Positions 7,807 to 7,889 of a stretch of 7,889 bases of DNA are shown here, in pieces (the first letter of the stretch is position 1; every line of letters starts with the position of its first letter). Position numbers and translations under genes: made by a program. The notes below the pieces were generated by a model. It searched no databases, was not told where the DNA came from, and saw nothing but the letters and a program-made list of their open reading frames with translations. Origin of the DNA: Amoeboradix gromovi X-113. Taxonomy: Eukaryota; Fungi; Sanchytriomycota. The stretch spans positions 1-7,889 of the forward strand of contig JADGIF010000477.1 of assembly GCA_018985225.1 (NCBI GenBank), read 5' to 3'.

Positions 7807-7889
7807 TGGGAGACCAAATATAAAAACTAGACTAACTCGTTTTTAAAGGAGGTGCTCCATACGGAGGAAATCATTAATAAAAGATCTTC
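7807..7889 (-). repeat. Copy B of the inverted repeat, running to the window edge; frameshifted relative to the ORF in copy A
   Basis: Reverse complement reads GAAGATCTTTTATTAATGATTTCCTCCGTATGGAGCACCTCCTTTAAAAACGAGTTAGTCTAGTTTTTATATTTGGTCTCCCA, then the unrelated GTTGTTCGCC. The net indel versus copy A is -2 nt. The match reaches the last base, so it may extend beyond the window. Confidence 0.96.

Noticed and set aside
1-7889. Alternative genetic code (TAA/TAG = Gln), suggested by TAA at a conserved Gln in Fanzor2
   Set aside because: The 321-aa and ABCC frames contain many CAA/CAG codons and no internal TAA/TAG, and the pseudogenes also carry frameshifts and a TGA.
1-7889. CRISPR array, tRNA or rRNA genes
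   Set aside because: No regularly spaced repeat-spacer structure or recognisable structural RNA gene was seen. The only long repeat has two inverted copies 7.6 kb apart.

Overview
AT-rich, eukaryote-type DNA (GlyRS, ABCC and 7TM-RGS fragments look fungal or protist; the species cannot be assigned). The window opens in the last 70 codons of a probable Fanzor/TnpB-family RNA-guided nuclease (CxxC...ERD, stop 211-213). An 85-bp segment (149-233) overlapping that stop recurs inverted at the other end of the window (7807-7889). The two copies share a sharp inner boundary (...TTTGGTCTCCCA) and diverge after it, which fits a Fanzor element right end / omega-RNA scaffold followed by a flank-derived guide. 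The ~7.6 kb between the two inward-facing ends is a tight mosaic: a clear Fanzor2 (IS607-TnpB-like) pseudogene, one intact orphan coiled-coil gene with an RNxxxH (HEPN-like) motif, a glycyl-tRNA synthetase C-terminal pseudogene, a 7TM-RGS-like pseudogene fragment, several unassigned degenerate pieces, and a GC-richer ABCC transporter piece truncated at both ends. All homology calls come from manual motif recognition; no database search was run.
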